Shown one piece after another: positions 12,606-24,521 of a DNA stretch of 64,000 nucleotides. The DNA lies in assembly GCF_009914755.1 (NCBI RefSeq), contig NC_060936.1; one strand, 5' to 3'. The notes beneath the pieces are model-generated. The model had not been told where the DNA came from, ran no database searches, and worked only from the letters and a program-made list of their open reading frames with translations. This DNA comes from the human T2T-CHM13v2.0 reference genome, Homo sapiens. The number at the start of each line of letters is the position of its first letter. The stretch's first letter is position 1. Made by a program: the position numbers and the translations under genes.

Positions 12606-13573
12606 TGAAGGGGTGGGTTGCCCCTCCACACCTGTGGGTGTTTCTCGTAAGATGGAACGAGAGACTTGGAAAAGAAAAAGACACAGAGACAAAGTATAGA
12701 GAAAGAAATAAGGGGACCTGGGGAACCAGCGTTCAGCATATGGAGGATCCCGCCAGCCTCTGAGTTCCCTTAGTATTTATTGATCATTCGTGGGTGTTTC
12801 TCGAAGACGGGGATGTGTCAGGGTCACAAGACAATCGTGGGGAGAGGGTCAGCAGACAAACACGTGAACAAAGGTCTTTGCATCATAGACAAGGTAAAGG
12901 ATTAAGTGCTGTGCTTTTAGATATGCATACACATAAACATCTCAATGCTTTACAAAGCAGTATTGCTGCCCGCAGGTCCCACCTCCAGCCCTAAGGCGGT
13001 TTTTCCCTATCTCAGTAGATGGAACATACAATCGGGTTTTATACCGAGACATTCCATTGCCCAGGGACGGGCAGGAGACAGATGCCTTCCTCTTGTCTCA
13101 ACTGCAAGAGGCATGCCTTCCTCTTATACTAATCCTCCTCAGCACAGACCCTTTACAGGTGTCGGGCTGGGGGATGGTCAGGTCTTTCCCTTCCCACGAG
13201 GCCATATTTCAGACTATCACATGGGGAGAAACCTTGGACAATACCTGGCTTTCCTAGGCAGAGGTCCCTGCGGCCTTCCGCAGTTTTTGTGTCCCTGGGT
13301 ACTTGAGATTAGGGAGTGGTGATGACTCTTAAGGAGCGTGCTGCCTTCAAGCATCTGTTTAACAAAGCACATCTTGCACCGCCCTTAATCCATTCAACTC
13401 TGAGTTGACATAGCACATGTTTCAGAGAGCACGGGGTTGGGGGTAAGGTTATAGATTAACAGAATCTCAAGGCAGAAGAATTTTTCTTAGTACAGAACAA
13501 AATGGAGTCTCCTATGTCTACTTCTTTCTACACAGACACAGTAACAATCTGATCTCTCTTGCTTTTCCCCACA
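12606..13573 (-). mobile_element. HERV-K(HML-2) LTR5_Hs solo LTR, 968 bp
   Basis: Minus strand tgtggggaaaagcaagagagatcagattgttactgtgtc...ggggcaacccaccccttca; perfect 6-bp TSD TACTTG at 12600-12605 and 13574-13579; many CpGs retained. Confidence 0.97.
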
Positions 13574-14429
13574 TACTTGGGTTAGTAGAATTATACAAGG
13601 AAATTCGGTTGTTTCTGTGGTTTACAATAACTTAACATAATAACTATAATTGTGATTGGTAGCATATATTAGACATTAGAATTTTAGAAATCCCATATAA
13701 TTTCAAAATATATATAAGTACCATTCACAACAATATAACCTAAAGAATATTGAACATCATTTTGGCAATCCCATGTACCTAAACACATCAAATAATCCTG
13801 TTTACCTCTTTTCTCGATGTTTTCATGGGCCCTGTGATCCATCCAGAAAGCCAGGCATTAGGAAAGACAATTTTGAAACTGAAGTTTGGTTCTGAAATTC
13901 CAGATTATCGTAAATTATTTATTTTGCCAAAATGATGACTCAGAAATTTTAAAGAAGCAAAAATTTTTTATAACCTTAAAAAAATTAAAAACACATTCTA
14001 TTATTTGTACACACTTTGCATGTAAAACTGTTTCTAATAGTCTTAACTGCATGTTACAATGTCAACTCTTAGCAATTTTAACTTTAATGTAATACCTGGT
14101 AAGTTATGTTCTGATAAAGTTTGACTGTTTCCAGCATAGCTAGGTCGTGGTCAACTCCACATATCCCCAGGACTTACGTGGCTGGAAGGCAGGCAAGTTA
14201 AACAATTTTCAAAAGCCAAAGAAGCAGTTTATAACCTTAAAGCATTTAGAAAATCTAATATTTGAACATAATTTAGAACACGCTTACATTTTGAAGACAA
14301 TTGTAATTTTACCAATGATCTTTAAAACTGTCTTTATTTCCCAAAGATCGCTAAACTCATGTGAACTAAAAGGCATTACACTTTCTACTTTTCTGACAAA
14401 ATATTTACATTCTTATTATTAATCCAATT

Positions 14430-14899
14430 TGTCAGGCCTCTGAGCTGAAGCTCAGCCATTGTAACCCCTGTGACCTGCACATATACGTCCAGATGGCCTG
14501 CAGGAGCCAGTAAGTCTGGAGCAACCCAAAACTACAAAAAAAAAAGTGAAACAGCCAGCTCCTGTCTTAACTGATTGACCAACCTTATGATATTCCATTA
14601 TAACTTGTTCCTGCCCTGTCCCAACTGATTGATCGACCTTGTGACATTCTTCTTCTGGACAATGAGTCTTATGATCTCCCCACCATGTACCTTGTGACCC
14701 CCTCCTCTGCTGACAATAGATAACCACCTCTAACTGTAACTTTCCAGTGCTTACCCTAGTCCTATAAAACTGCCCCACCCCATCTCCCTTTGCTGACTCT
14801 CTTTTCAGACTCAGCCCACTTGCACCCAAGTGAAATAAACAGCCTTGTTGCTCACACAAAGCCTGTTGGTGGACTCTCTTCACACAGACGCATGTGACA
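14430..14899 (+). promoter_or_regulatory. HERV-H 5' LTR (LTR7C-like) with TATA (cctataaaa ~14761) and AATAAA (~14834)
   Basis: tgtcaggcctctgagctgaagctcagccattgtaacc...catgtgaca. Confidence 0.93.
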
Positions 14900-14901
14900 T
14901 T

Positions 14902-14919
14902 TGGTGCTATGACTTGGAC
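14902..14919 (+). other. Degenerate tRNA-His primer binding site
   Basis: tggtgctatgacttggac versus canonical TGGTGCCGTGACTCGGAT; differences are mostly CpG decay. Confidence 0.85.
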
Positions 14920-15429
14920 CTGGGGACCTCCCTTGGGAGATCAATCACCTGTCCCCCTGCTCTTTGCTCTGTGAGAAGATCCAACTATGACCTCGGGTCC
15001 TCAGACCAGCCCAAGAAACACCTCACTAATTTTAAATTGGGTAAGCGGCCTCTTTTTACTCTCCTCTCCAACCTCTCTCAGTATCCCTCAACCTCTTTCT
15101 CCTTTCAATTTCGGTGCCACCCTTCAATCTCTCCCTTCCCTTAATTTCAGATTGTTTCCTTTTCTGGTAGAGACAGAGGAGATGTGTTTTATCCATGAAC
15201 CCAAAACTCCAGCGCCAGTCACTGACTCATGAAGACAGTCTTCCCTTGGGTCTAATCACTGCAGGGACACCTGCCTGATTATTCACCCACATTCCAGTGG
15301 TGTTCAATCACCTCAAGGATGCCTGCCTTGATCCTCCACCTTGGTGGCAAGTACCACCTCCTCTGGGTGGCAAGTACCACCCCCCCTCCATGTCTCTACC
15401 CCTCTTTTCTCTAAACTTATCTTTTTACT

Positions 15430-16990
15430 ATGGGCAACCTTCCACCCTACATTCCTCCTTCTTCCCCTTTAGCCTGTGTTCTTAAAAATTTGAAACCTCT
15501 TCAACTCTCACCTGATCTAAAGCCTAATAAGCATCTTATTTTCTTCTGCAACACCACTTGGCCCCAGTACAAACTTGATAATGGCTCTAAATGGCCAGAG
15601 AATGGCACTTTCGATTTCTCCATCCTACAAGATCTAAATAATTTTTGTCATAAAGTGGGAAAATGGTCTGAGGTGCCCTATGTTCAGGCATTTTTTTATA
15701 CTTCATTCCCTCCCTAATCTTTGTTCCCAATGTGACTTGTCCCAAATCTTCCTTCTTTCCATCCCGCCTGTCCCTTTGGTCCCAACCCCAAGCTCTGCTG
15801 AGTCTTCTGAATCCTCCCTTTCTGCAGACCCCTCTGACCTCTCTCCCCCTCCCCAGGCCACTCCTCAGCAGGCTGAATCAAGTCCCAATTCTTCCTCAGC
15901 CCCGGCTCCTCCACCTTACAACCCTTCTGTCACCTCCCCTCCCCACACTGGGTCTGGGTTACAATTTTGTTCTGCGGCAAATACTCCCCCACCTGCCCAA
16001 AAATTTCCTCTTCGAGAGGTGGCTGGAGCTGAGGGCATCATCAGAGTGCATGTACTATTTTCTCTATGAGACCTTTCCCAAATTAATCAATGCTTAGGCT
16101 CCTTCTCATCAGACCCCACTAAATATATACAGGAATTCCAGTATTTAACCCAGTCCTACAATTTAACCTGGAGTGATTTAAATGTCATCCTAACTTGTAC
16201 CCTTTCCCCAGATGAGCGGGATAGAGTTTATACCCTAGCCCAATCTCACGCTGACACCCACTGGCATCATGAGCCAGACCTTCAGGAAGGCATCAGGGCA
16301 GTTCCCCGAGAAGATCCCCGATGGGAATACCAGACAGGCTCCCTAGGTATAGCTAGGCGAGATTACATGGTCTCTTGCCTAGTTGAAGGGCTTAAAAAGG
16401 CAGCTTCCAAAGCTGTTAATTATGACAAACTTACATAAACTACCCAAGGTAAAGACGAAAACCCAGCCCAGTTCCTGGCTTGTTTGGCAGCAACCCTGAG
16501 GCTCTTTACAGCCCTAGACCCTGAAGGGCCAGAAGGCCGTCTTATTCTCAGTATGTATTTTATCACCCAGTCAGCTCTTGACATTAGAAAAAAGCTTCAA
16601 AAACTGGAATCTGGCCCTCAAACCCCACAACAGGAATTAATCAACTTCGCCTTCAAGGTGTACAATAATAGAGAGGAGGCAGCCAAGTGACAACACATTT
16701 CTGAGTTACAGTTACTTGCCTCTGTTCTGAGACAAAACCCAGCCAGACCTCCAGCACCCAAGAACTTCAAAACGCCTAAGCCGCAGTGGTCAGGCATTTC
16801 TACGGGACCTCCTCCATCAGGATCTTGCTTCAAGTGCCAGAAATCTGGCCACTGGGCCAAGGAATGCCCACTGCCCATGATTCCCCCCCAAGCCCTGTCC
16901 CATCTGTGCAGGGACCCACTGGAAATCCGACTGCCCAGCTCGCCCGGCAGCCACTCCTAGAGCCCCTAAAGCTCTGGCCCGAGGCTCTCT
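15430..16990 (+). pseudogene. gag: HERV-H gag remnant
   Basis: Starts MGNLPP; WPQY...KWPENGT matrix motif; PPPY late domain; CFKCQKSGHWAKEC zinc knuckle near 16826; broken by stops and frameshifts. Confidence 0.9.
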
Positions 16991-17084
16991 GACCGACTCC
17001 TTCCCAGATCTGCTCGGCTTAGTGGCTGAAGACTAACACTGCCCGATCACCTTGGAAGCCCCCTGGACCATCACAGACGCCGAG

Positions 17085-17375
17085 CCTCGGGAAACTCTCA
17101 CAGTGGAGGGTAAGTCCATCCCCTGTTTAATCGATATGGAGGCTACCCACTCCACATTACCTTCTTTTCAAGGGCCTGTTTCCCTTGTCCCCATAACTGT
17201 TGTGGTATTGACAGTGAAGCTTCAAAACCTCTTAAAACTCCCCAACTTTGGTGCCAACTTGGACAACATTCTTTTTTGCACTCCTTTTTAGTTATCCCCA
17301 CCTGCCCAGTTCCCTTATTAGGTCGAGACATTTTAACTAAATTATCCGCTTCCCTGACTATTCCTGGGCTACAGC
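17085..17375 (+). pseudogene. pro: HERV-H protease remnant
   Basis: LTVEGKSIPCLIDMEATHS (degenerate DTGA) and PVPLLGRDILTKL. Confidence 0.85.
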
Positions 17376-19200
17376 CAAACCTCACTGCCACCCTTTTCCC
17401 CAGTTCAAAGCCTCCTTCACATCCCCCTCTTATGTCTCCCTACCTTAATCCACAAGTATGGGATACCTCTACGCCCTCCTTGGCAACCGATCATGCACCC
17501 CTTATCATCCCACTAAAACCTAATCACCCTTACCCCGCTCAGTGCCAATATGCCATCTCACAGCAGGCTTTAAAAAGGTCAAAGCCTGTTATCACCCACC
17601 TGTTACAACATGGCCTCTTAAAGCCTACAAACTCTCCTTACAACTCTCCTATCCTACTTGTCCAAAAACCAGACAAGTCTTACAGGCTGGTCCAGGATCT
17701 GTGCCTTATCAACCAAATTGCCTTGCCTATCCACCCAGTGGTGCCAAACCCATATACTCTCCTATTCTCAATGCCTCCCTCCACAACCCATTATTCTGTT
17801 ATGGATCTCAAACATGCTTCCTTTACTGTTCCTTTGCACCCTTCATTCTAGGCTCTCTTCGCTTTCACTTGGACTGACTCTGACACCCATCAGTCTCAGC
17901 AACTTACCTGGGCTGTACTGCCACAAGGCTTCAGGGGCAGCCCCCATTACTTCAGTCAAACCCTTTCTCATGATTTACTTTCTTTCTGCCCATCTGCTTC
18001 TCGTCTTATTCGATATTTTCACGACCTTCTACTTTATAGCCCCTCCTACATATCTTCCCAACAAGACACTCTCCTGCTCCTCCAACATCTATTCACAAAG
18101 GGATATCACGTATCCCCCTCCAAAGCCCAAATTTCTTCCTCATCCATTACGTATCTCAGCATAATTCTTCATAAAAACACACGTGCTCTCCCTGCTGATC
18201 ATGTCTGGCTAATCTCCCAAACCCCAACCCCTTCTACAAAGCAACAACTCCTTTCCTTCCTAGGCACATTTAGGTACTTTTGCCTTTGGATATCCGGTTT
18301 TTCCATCCTGACTAAACCATTATATAAACTCACAAAAGAAAACCTAGCTGACCCCATGGATCCTAAATCCTTTCCCCACTCCTCTGTCCATTCCTTAAAA
18401 ACAGCACTAGAACTACTCCCACACTAGCTCTCCCTAACTTATCCCAACCCTTTTTATTACACACAGCTGAAGTGCAGGGCTGTGTGGTCAGAATTCTTAC
18501 ACAAGAGCTGGGACTGCACCCTGTAGCCTTTCTGTCCAAACAACTTGACCTTACTGTTTTAGGCTGGCCCCCACATTATTCTTGATACCACACCTGACCC
18601 CCATGACTGTATGTCTCTGATCCACCTGACATTCACTTCATTTCCCCGTATTTCCTTCTTTCCTGTTCCTCACCCTGATCACACTTGGTTTATTGATGGC
18701 AGTTCCACCAGGCCTAATTGCCACTCACCAGCAAAGGCAGGCTATGCTATAGTATCTTCCACATCTATCATTGAGGCTACCACTTTATCCCCCTCCACTA
18801 CCTCTCAGCAAGCTGAACTCATTGCCTTAACTCGAGCCCTCACTCTTGCAAAAGGACTGTGTGTCAATATTTATACTGACTCTCAACATGCCTTCCATAT
18901 CCTGCACCACCATGCTGTTATGTGGACAGAAAGAGGTTTTCTCACTACACAAGGGTCCTCTATCATTAATTCCTCTTTAATAAAAACTCTTCTCAAGGCC
19001 GCTTTACTTCCAAAGGAAGCTGGAGTCCTTCACTGCAAAGGCAATCAAAGGGCCTCAGACCCCACTGCTCAAGGTAACACTTATGCTGATAAGACGGCTA
19101 AAGAAGCAGCCAGTATTCCTACTTCTGTCCCTCATGGCCAGTTTTTCACCTTCTCGTCAGTCACTCCTACTTACTCTCCAACTGAAAATTCCTCCTTCCA
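17376..19200 (+). pseudogene. pol: HERV-H pol remnant (RT and RNase H; integrase largely deleted)
   Basis: NSPYNSPILLVQKPDKSYRLVQDL, LPQGF motif, YxDD read as YFHD near 18014; RNase H WFIDGSS...QQAELIAL...NIYTDS in ORF 18611-19267. Confidence 0.9.
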
Positions 19201-19299
19201 GCCTGACAGGCTCATTCCATTCTATCATCCTTTCATAACCTCTTCCACGTGGGTTACAAGCCACTAGTCCACCACTTAGAACCTCTCATTTCCTTTAAG

Positions 19300-20220
19300 A
19301 CATTTGCCCTGCATTTCACTCCATCCTTGGCTACCTTCCTCTTGTTCTTCAGACTGTCCTCCCAGCCTCCCAGCCCCCTTTCTTGTTTACTTATACCCAG
19401 CCCCATGAATAGCAATGAAAGGTTGCTTACAGACACTGTGCGCTTTCTCATACACCATAAAAATCAAATCTCCCCCTTTATCCAGTTGCCTCATCAATCC
19501 CCATTACAACCTCTAACGGCTGCTGTGCTTGCTAAATCCCTAAGAGTCTGGGTGCAAGACACCTCTTTTGCTGCTCCCTCTCATCTTTTCACTTTACATT
19601 TCCAGTTTTGCCTTAGAAAAGTCTCTTCTTCCTCTGTGGCTTCTCCACCTACATGTGTCTACCTATCAATTGCACAGGCACATGTACACGAGTTTTCCTT
19701 ACCCCCAAAAATCAATTCGCAAACAGGACCGAACAGCTTCCTGTTCCCCTCATGACACCAACACTTCACTACTATTTTGTTTTGTTTTTCTTATTATTAA
19801 TATAAGAAGACAGGAATAGGCCTCGACTTACTCACTGCTGAAAAAGGAGGACTCTGTATATTTTTAAATGAAGAGTGTTGTTTTTACCTAAATCAATCTG
19901 GCCTGGTATATGACAACATAAAAAAAAACTCAAGGATAGAGCCCAAAAACTCGCCAATCAAGTAAATAATTACTTTGAACCCCTTTGGGCACTCTTTAAT
20001 TGGATGTCCTGGGTCCTCCCAATTCTTAGTCCTTTAATACCTGTTTTTTTTCCTTCTGTTATTTGGGCCTTGTGTCTTCAGTTTGGTTTCTCAATTTATA
20101 CAAAACCGCATTCCGACCATCACCAATCATTCTATAAGACAAATGCTACTTTTAACAACCCCACAGTACCATCCTCTGCCCCAAGATCTCCCCACTACCT
20201 AAATTCCTATGCCTTGTAAC
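19300..20220 (+). pseudogene. env: HERV-H env fragments including TM immunosuppressive-domain region
   Basis: From 19819 reads [34 protein letters not shown] (partial CKS-17-like ISD plus CX6CC); start boundary approximate. Confidence 0.8.
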
Positions 20221-20375
20221 TCATTATAAAATTTTCTTTAAGGTGTCCATGCAGTCCCTGGTCATGCTTGAAGCAGTCCCGAGAAACATCACCCCTACCC
20301 TAATAATCCCCAGTAAAACTTATATTTCTTTATCTTTTCTTATAACTTTATATTTTATAAGTAAAAAGACAGGAA

Positions 20376-20843
20376 TGTCAGGCCTCTGAGCTGAAGCTCA
20401 GCCATTGTAACCCCTGTGACCTGCACATATATGTCCAGATGGCCTGCAGGAGCCAAGAAGTCTGAGGCAACCCAAAACTACAAAAAAAGTGAAACAGCCA
20501 GCTCCTGTCTTAACTGATTGACCAGCCTTATGACATTCCATTATAACTTGTTCCTGCCCTGCCCCAACTGATTGATCGACCTCATGACATTCTTCTTCTG
20601 GACAATGAGTCTTATGATCTCCCCACCATGCACCTTGTGACCCCCTCCTCTGCTGACAACAGATAACCACCTCTAACTGTAACTTTCCACTGCTTACCCC
20701 AGTCCTATAAAGCGGCCCCTCTCCTATCTCCCTTTGCTGACTCTCTTTTCAGACTCAGCCCACTTGCACCCAAGTGAAATAAACAGCCTTGTTGCTCACA
20801 CAAAGCCTGTTGGTGGACTCTCTTAACACGGACTCGCGTGACA
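20376..20843 (+). mobile_element. HERV-H 3' LTR (LTR7C-like), preceded by PPT aaaaagacaggaa
   Basis: Direct repeat of 14430-14899, about 25 differences by hand count. Confidence 0.95.
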
Positions 20844-22265
20844 CAATTAATTTAAAACTTAACAGTGGCGATTAACCAGTTTGCACAGAGAGAAAGAGAC
20901 CAGAGACTGATGTAAGAAATTCTTACCCTTCTGCCTGCATGCCGGGTTTCTGGGTTCTCTCTCCCTGAGCACCCCTGGTGACCCTGCCTGACTGTATACA
21001 AACAAACACATTGCCATGAATCAAGAATATTCACAAACACTTTACAAATTTTGAAGAAACTAGGCAGAGAGAGAGATAAATATGACTCAAATTCTATTTG
21101 TGAGAGTACACTCAACACACTTCAAGTATCAGGAAACCTAAAATCCAAAGTTTGTTTAAAGATAAAAACCTGGTGTATTCCATTAATTCCTGTAGCCCAA
21201 CAAAGGTAGCTTTAGGAATTCCAGATAAATGGAATGAATGACCACTTGCTAGAAATGCATAGGAAACAAAATAACTATTCACAGAACCAAATAAAAGCCT
21301 TCCACTAGCATGGGTTTATATTATATAGAGAGACACACAAGCAAACCAAAGGAGAATAACAGCAAACCAATGAAAACTAGAAGAGAAAACAAATAAACCA
21401 AAAAACAAACCTAAATTTTCATACTCAACTTACCCTGGAAACTACAGTGTTACCTAGGGCCCCCCAAAACCCATATAATGAACATTTTATTCCTGATATA
21501 CAATTCAATATCCTTAAGTTCACCAATATCATTAGACATTCTGTGCAATCAAGAAATCCACTTCAGGCAGATGACCAATAAGTGCTCCAGCACTATTCAC
21601 GGAAAATGGTGAACAGAGTGAAGTGATGCAAGCATGTGTGTGAACATTGGTTTTACGCTAAATTCAGCTTCATGCTTAACTATAGTAAAAAAAGAATTGC
21701 GAAACTGCCGATGCATTTTTACAATACTTCTTACCTTAATCAACACTAAGAGTTTTAACTATGAAAATGTTAATTAGCCAAATGTTTCCAATTCTTTATC
21801 ATGTTTTGAGGAATATTTTATTATTTAAACTTTTTCCACTCCTTTCTCCCCTACTTAATGATTCCTTACTACACTGATTCATAAATAACCTTTTCAAATC
21901 TGTAATTTGAACTAACTTTTATACAACTTCAGAATTAGACAAAATTATTCTTTTTTCCACCAATAAGCCTTTCTGGCACATTTTGTATACAGAATTATGT
22001 GCTAACTAGAATTTTATATTTAGTAACCTAAAACTTTAGTGAAACCCTAAAAAGCAAACCCTGAACTATTAGATATGGGCATTTATAGACAGGAATAATT
22101 CCACAATTTTAGCAACATGCTTCTCCATATTACTACCCATTTTTAATTGGAAATGACCCAGATATCAAATGAGCATTAAAAATAACTTTAAGATTTTAAT
22201 TTACACAAAAAGTTTACTTAAAATAATTATCCTCTTCACTGTACTCAATTTTTTATTTTTAACAA

Positions 22266-22501
22266 GGGAGATGTCAATCAACATATGTCAAATGAACGTT
22301 GGTTTGGCCCAGAAAGGTGGGACAACTCAAGGAGAGGAGGGGGCTTGGGGCTTTCAGATCATGGGTGGGAGACAAATGGTTGCATTCCTTTGACTTTCTG
22401 ATTAGCCTTTCCAAAGGAAGCAATCATATATGCATTTATCTCAGTGACACTTTGAATAGAATGGGAGGCAGGCTCGCCCCTAGCAGCTCCCAGCTTGGAC
22501 T
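22266..22501 (-). mobile_element. MER4A-like LTR fragment within MER61 internal region
   Basis: tcaatcaacatatgt...gacaaatggttgcattc...gaatagaatgggaggcagg resembles MER4A; no termini or TSD seen, may be a constitutive part of the internal consensus. Confidence 0.55.
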
Positions 22502-24006
22502 AACACTAACATTTTCAAATATCTAGCAAAGACAAACATAAAATTCAGACAAAATGTATGCTGACAATTCTGATGGCATTTCTCTTTTTATTCCACCAAT
22601 AATTGTAAAGCCAGCTTGTTTAATAAAGTTATACTTAAGTCATGTGAACTTGAAAATTGCTCAGACTTATTTACTTAATTTATGAGCATTCTTTTACTTA
22701 TAACCAATTTGGAAGACACAATATATAACAATAAGTGTATATACAAATAATCACATCTAGACATGTATACACACACATAAACGAAGATCCAATAGCTTGG
22801 AACCTTGGCCGTGAGATAGCAATACAAGCTTGCCAGTTTTACTTTGCCCCAATAGATAATCCAAGGAAGGCTGAGAACCAAAATTTTGGGTAAATCAGTC
22901 TCCATGGCAGTTTGATTTTTAAAGGCTAAACCTCCCCAGACTCCAAGGAGCACTGGGGCCAAACAGTACCAAAGGAGGGCGTCACACGTTAACCAGGCTC
23001 CCTGCTTAGAACAGCAGCACAAAAGCCTGAATACATGCAATGCCATCCCACTTTCCAATTCGACAGCAAACTTCAGATTCTAAGCAATTTTGGGGCCAAG
23101 CAGCATTGCAACTGTGAGAGAAAATTCCAAAGAGGTCTTATTACTAGATCTCAGAACCTCTGCCAGGAGCATCCTCTTTGGAGAGTTTGAGGTCTGGAGG
23201 ATCCCCAGGAGTGTCCACTTGTGGGGTCTAATCTTAGCGCTCCAGAGGTCTCTGGCCTTAGGTGGGCACTGGTGCCACTTTGCAAGCATTCCCTCCAGAG
23301 CCTACTATGAGCTTTCCTTTGGTACCTGGGTGTAATCCCCAAATTTTAGCATCCTTATAATTTGATAATGCCTTATAATTAGAGACGCTTTTCCATGCTT
23401 CTCATTCCATGAACTTTAATGATAGGAACTGGAGGCTGGGTGGGTTTCCTTCACCCTTAGCCAGTTGAATAGGGGAAGGGAAGAATTTAGCATAGGAAAA
23501 GAAGGTTTAAGTCACCTGAAACATGTGCGGGTTTGCTCTGAGCTGTGCCACATATAGGGATCAGGGACCACACACCGAAAATACATTAAAAAGAGCCTTC
23601 CCCCTTCGGGGCAGGCCAATTATTCCCATTCATTCTTAGGCCTTCGGGCAATACCAGGGAGTGACCCCAGCCAATTGCCCTCAATTTCCAAGGAAGTACT
23701 AGGAGACAGCCATTGAAAGACTGAAAATGAAAGTGGAAAAAAAATGAAAGAGATCCACATTCCTTAAGTGAACCGGGTGGTGGGGGTCAGGCTTCTCCAC
23801 ATGGAAACCCCTTAGTTTCACTGACCATGGCCAGAAATTTGAAGTTGCTTCCATGTTTAGACGCTGCCCACCAAGGGTCCCGGGTTGGAAAGGAAAGGAG
23901 AGAGAAAGAGATTCCCCTGTATGGAGCAGAAAAGAAAAGGAGAAAGGAGAAGAATAAATCCCAAATTTTGGGCTTACCTCTTCCTCCTTCCCGGGTCACC
24001 AAAATA

Positions 24007-24344
24007 TGTTAACGGCAGAGGTTGTTCAGGTTCTTGGGGATATTTAAACTCCCCAAAATTCTACAATGGGGCCTTTGAGCCCCTCTGCTCAGGCCCACTC
24101 CCACACTGTGGAGTGTACTTTCATTTTCAATAAAACCCTTCATTCCTTCTTGCTTTGTTTGTGCGTTTTGTCCAATTCTTTGTTCCATTGGTTGCTTTGG
24201 GTACACCCTATATAAATGGGGAGGAGGAAGTAAAGTTACAAAGTCATTTACCGCATACACCCTACGGAGAGGATATTTCCTATTATAGCTGAAGTGTGAA
24301 TCAGCCTTATGCTCCCTGCCTCCAGACCCTATTTTCCTGCCTCA
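24007..24344 (-). mobile_element. MER61 5' LTR with internal inversion (~24036-24185)
   Basis: Ends match 9747-10100 directly; the middle matches its reverse complement. Confidence 0.9.
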
Positions 24345-24521
24345 AAATGAGCTTTGAAAAACCCCCAGTCTACCAGCCTTTGATGAGATTGATTTAAGTA
24401 ATAACTCTCTCCCATGTGGCATGGCTGGCCTCATGTCAATTACATTTTCTTTGCTGCAATGCCGTGCTGTGAATTGATTTTGTTTGTGCAGCAGGCAGGA
24501 AGAACAGGTTGGGTGGTTATA
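24345..24521 (+). mobile_element. LTR8-family solo LTR, 3' part
   Basis: ctttgaaaaacccc...gatttaagtaataactc...tgtgcagcaggcaggaagaac...gggtggttata, then TSD TCAG. Confidence 0.8.

Larger units (their letters stand above)
14430..20843 (+). mobile_element. HERV-H provirus (LTR7C-type LTRs), internally deleted and non-coding
   Basis: Paired LTRs, PBS, gag-pro-pol-env remnants, PPT; 5-bp TSD CAATT at 14425-14429 and 20844-20848. Confidence 0.96.
9747..24344 (-). mobile_element. MER61 (MER4-group ERV1) provirus with two LTRs and degenerate internal region, carrying nested insertions
   Basis: LTR copies at 9747-10100 and 24007-24344; TSD AAAC/AAAT; PPT-like cagggggaaa next to the 3' LTR; PBS-like tggtgacccgggaaggag and splice donor gaggtaag after the 5' LTR (minus strand). 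Confidence 0.85.

Noticed and set aside
15430-20220. Intact HERV-H gag/pol/env proteins
   Set aside because: Multiple stops and frameshifts, mutated DTGA and YxDD motifs, integrase and most of env deleted.
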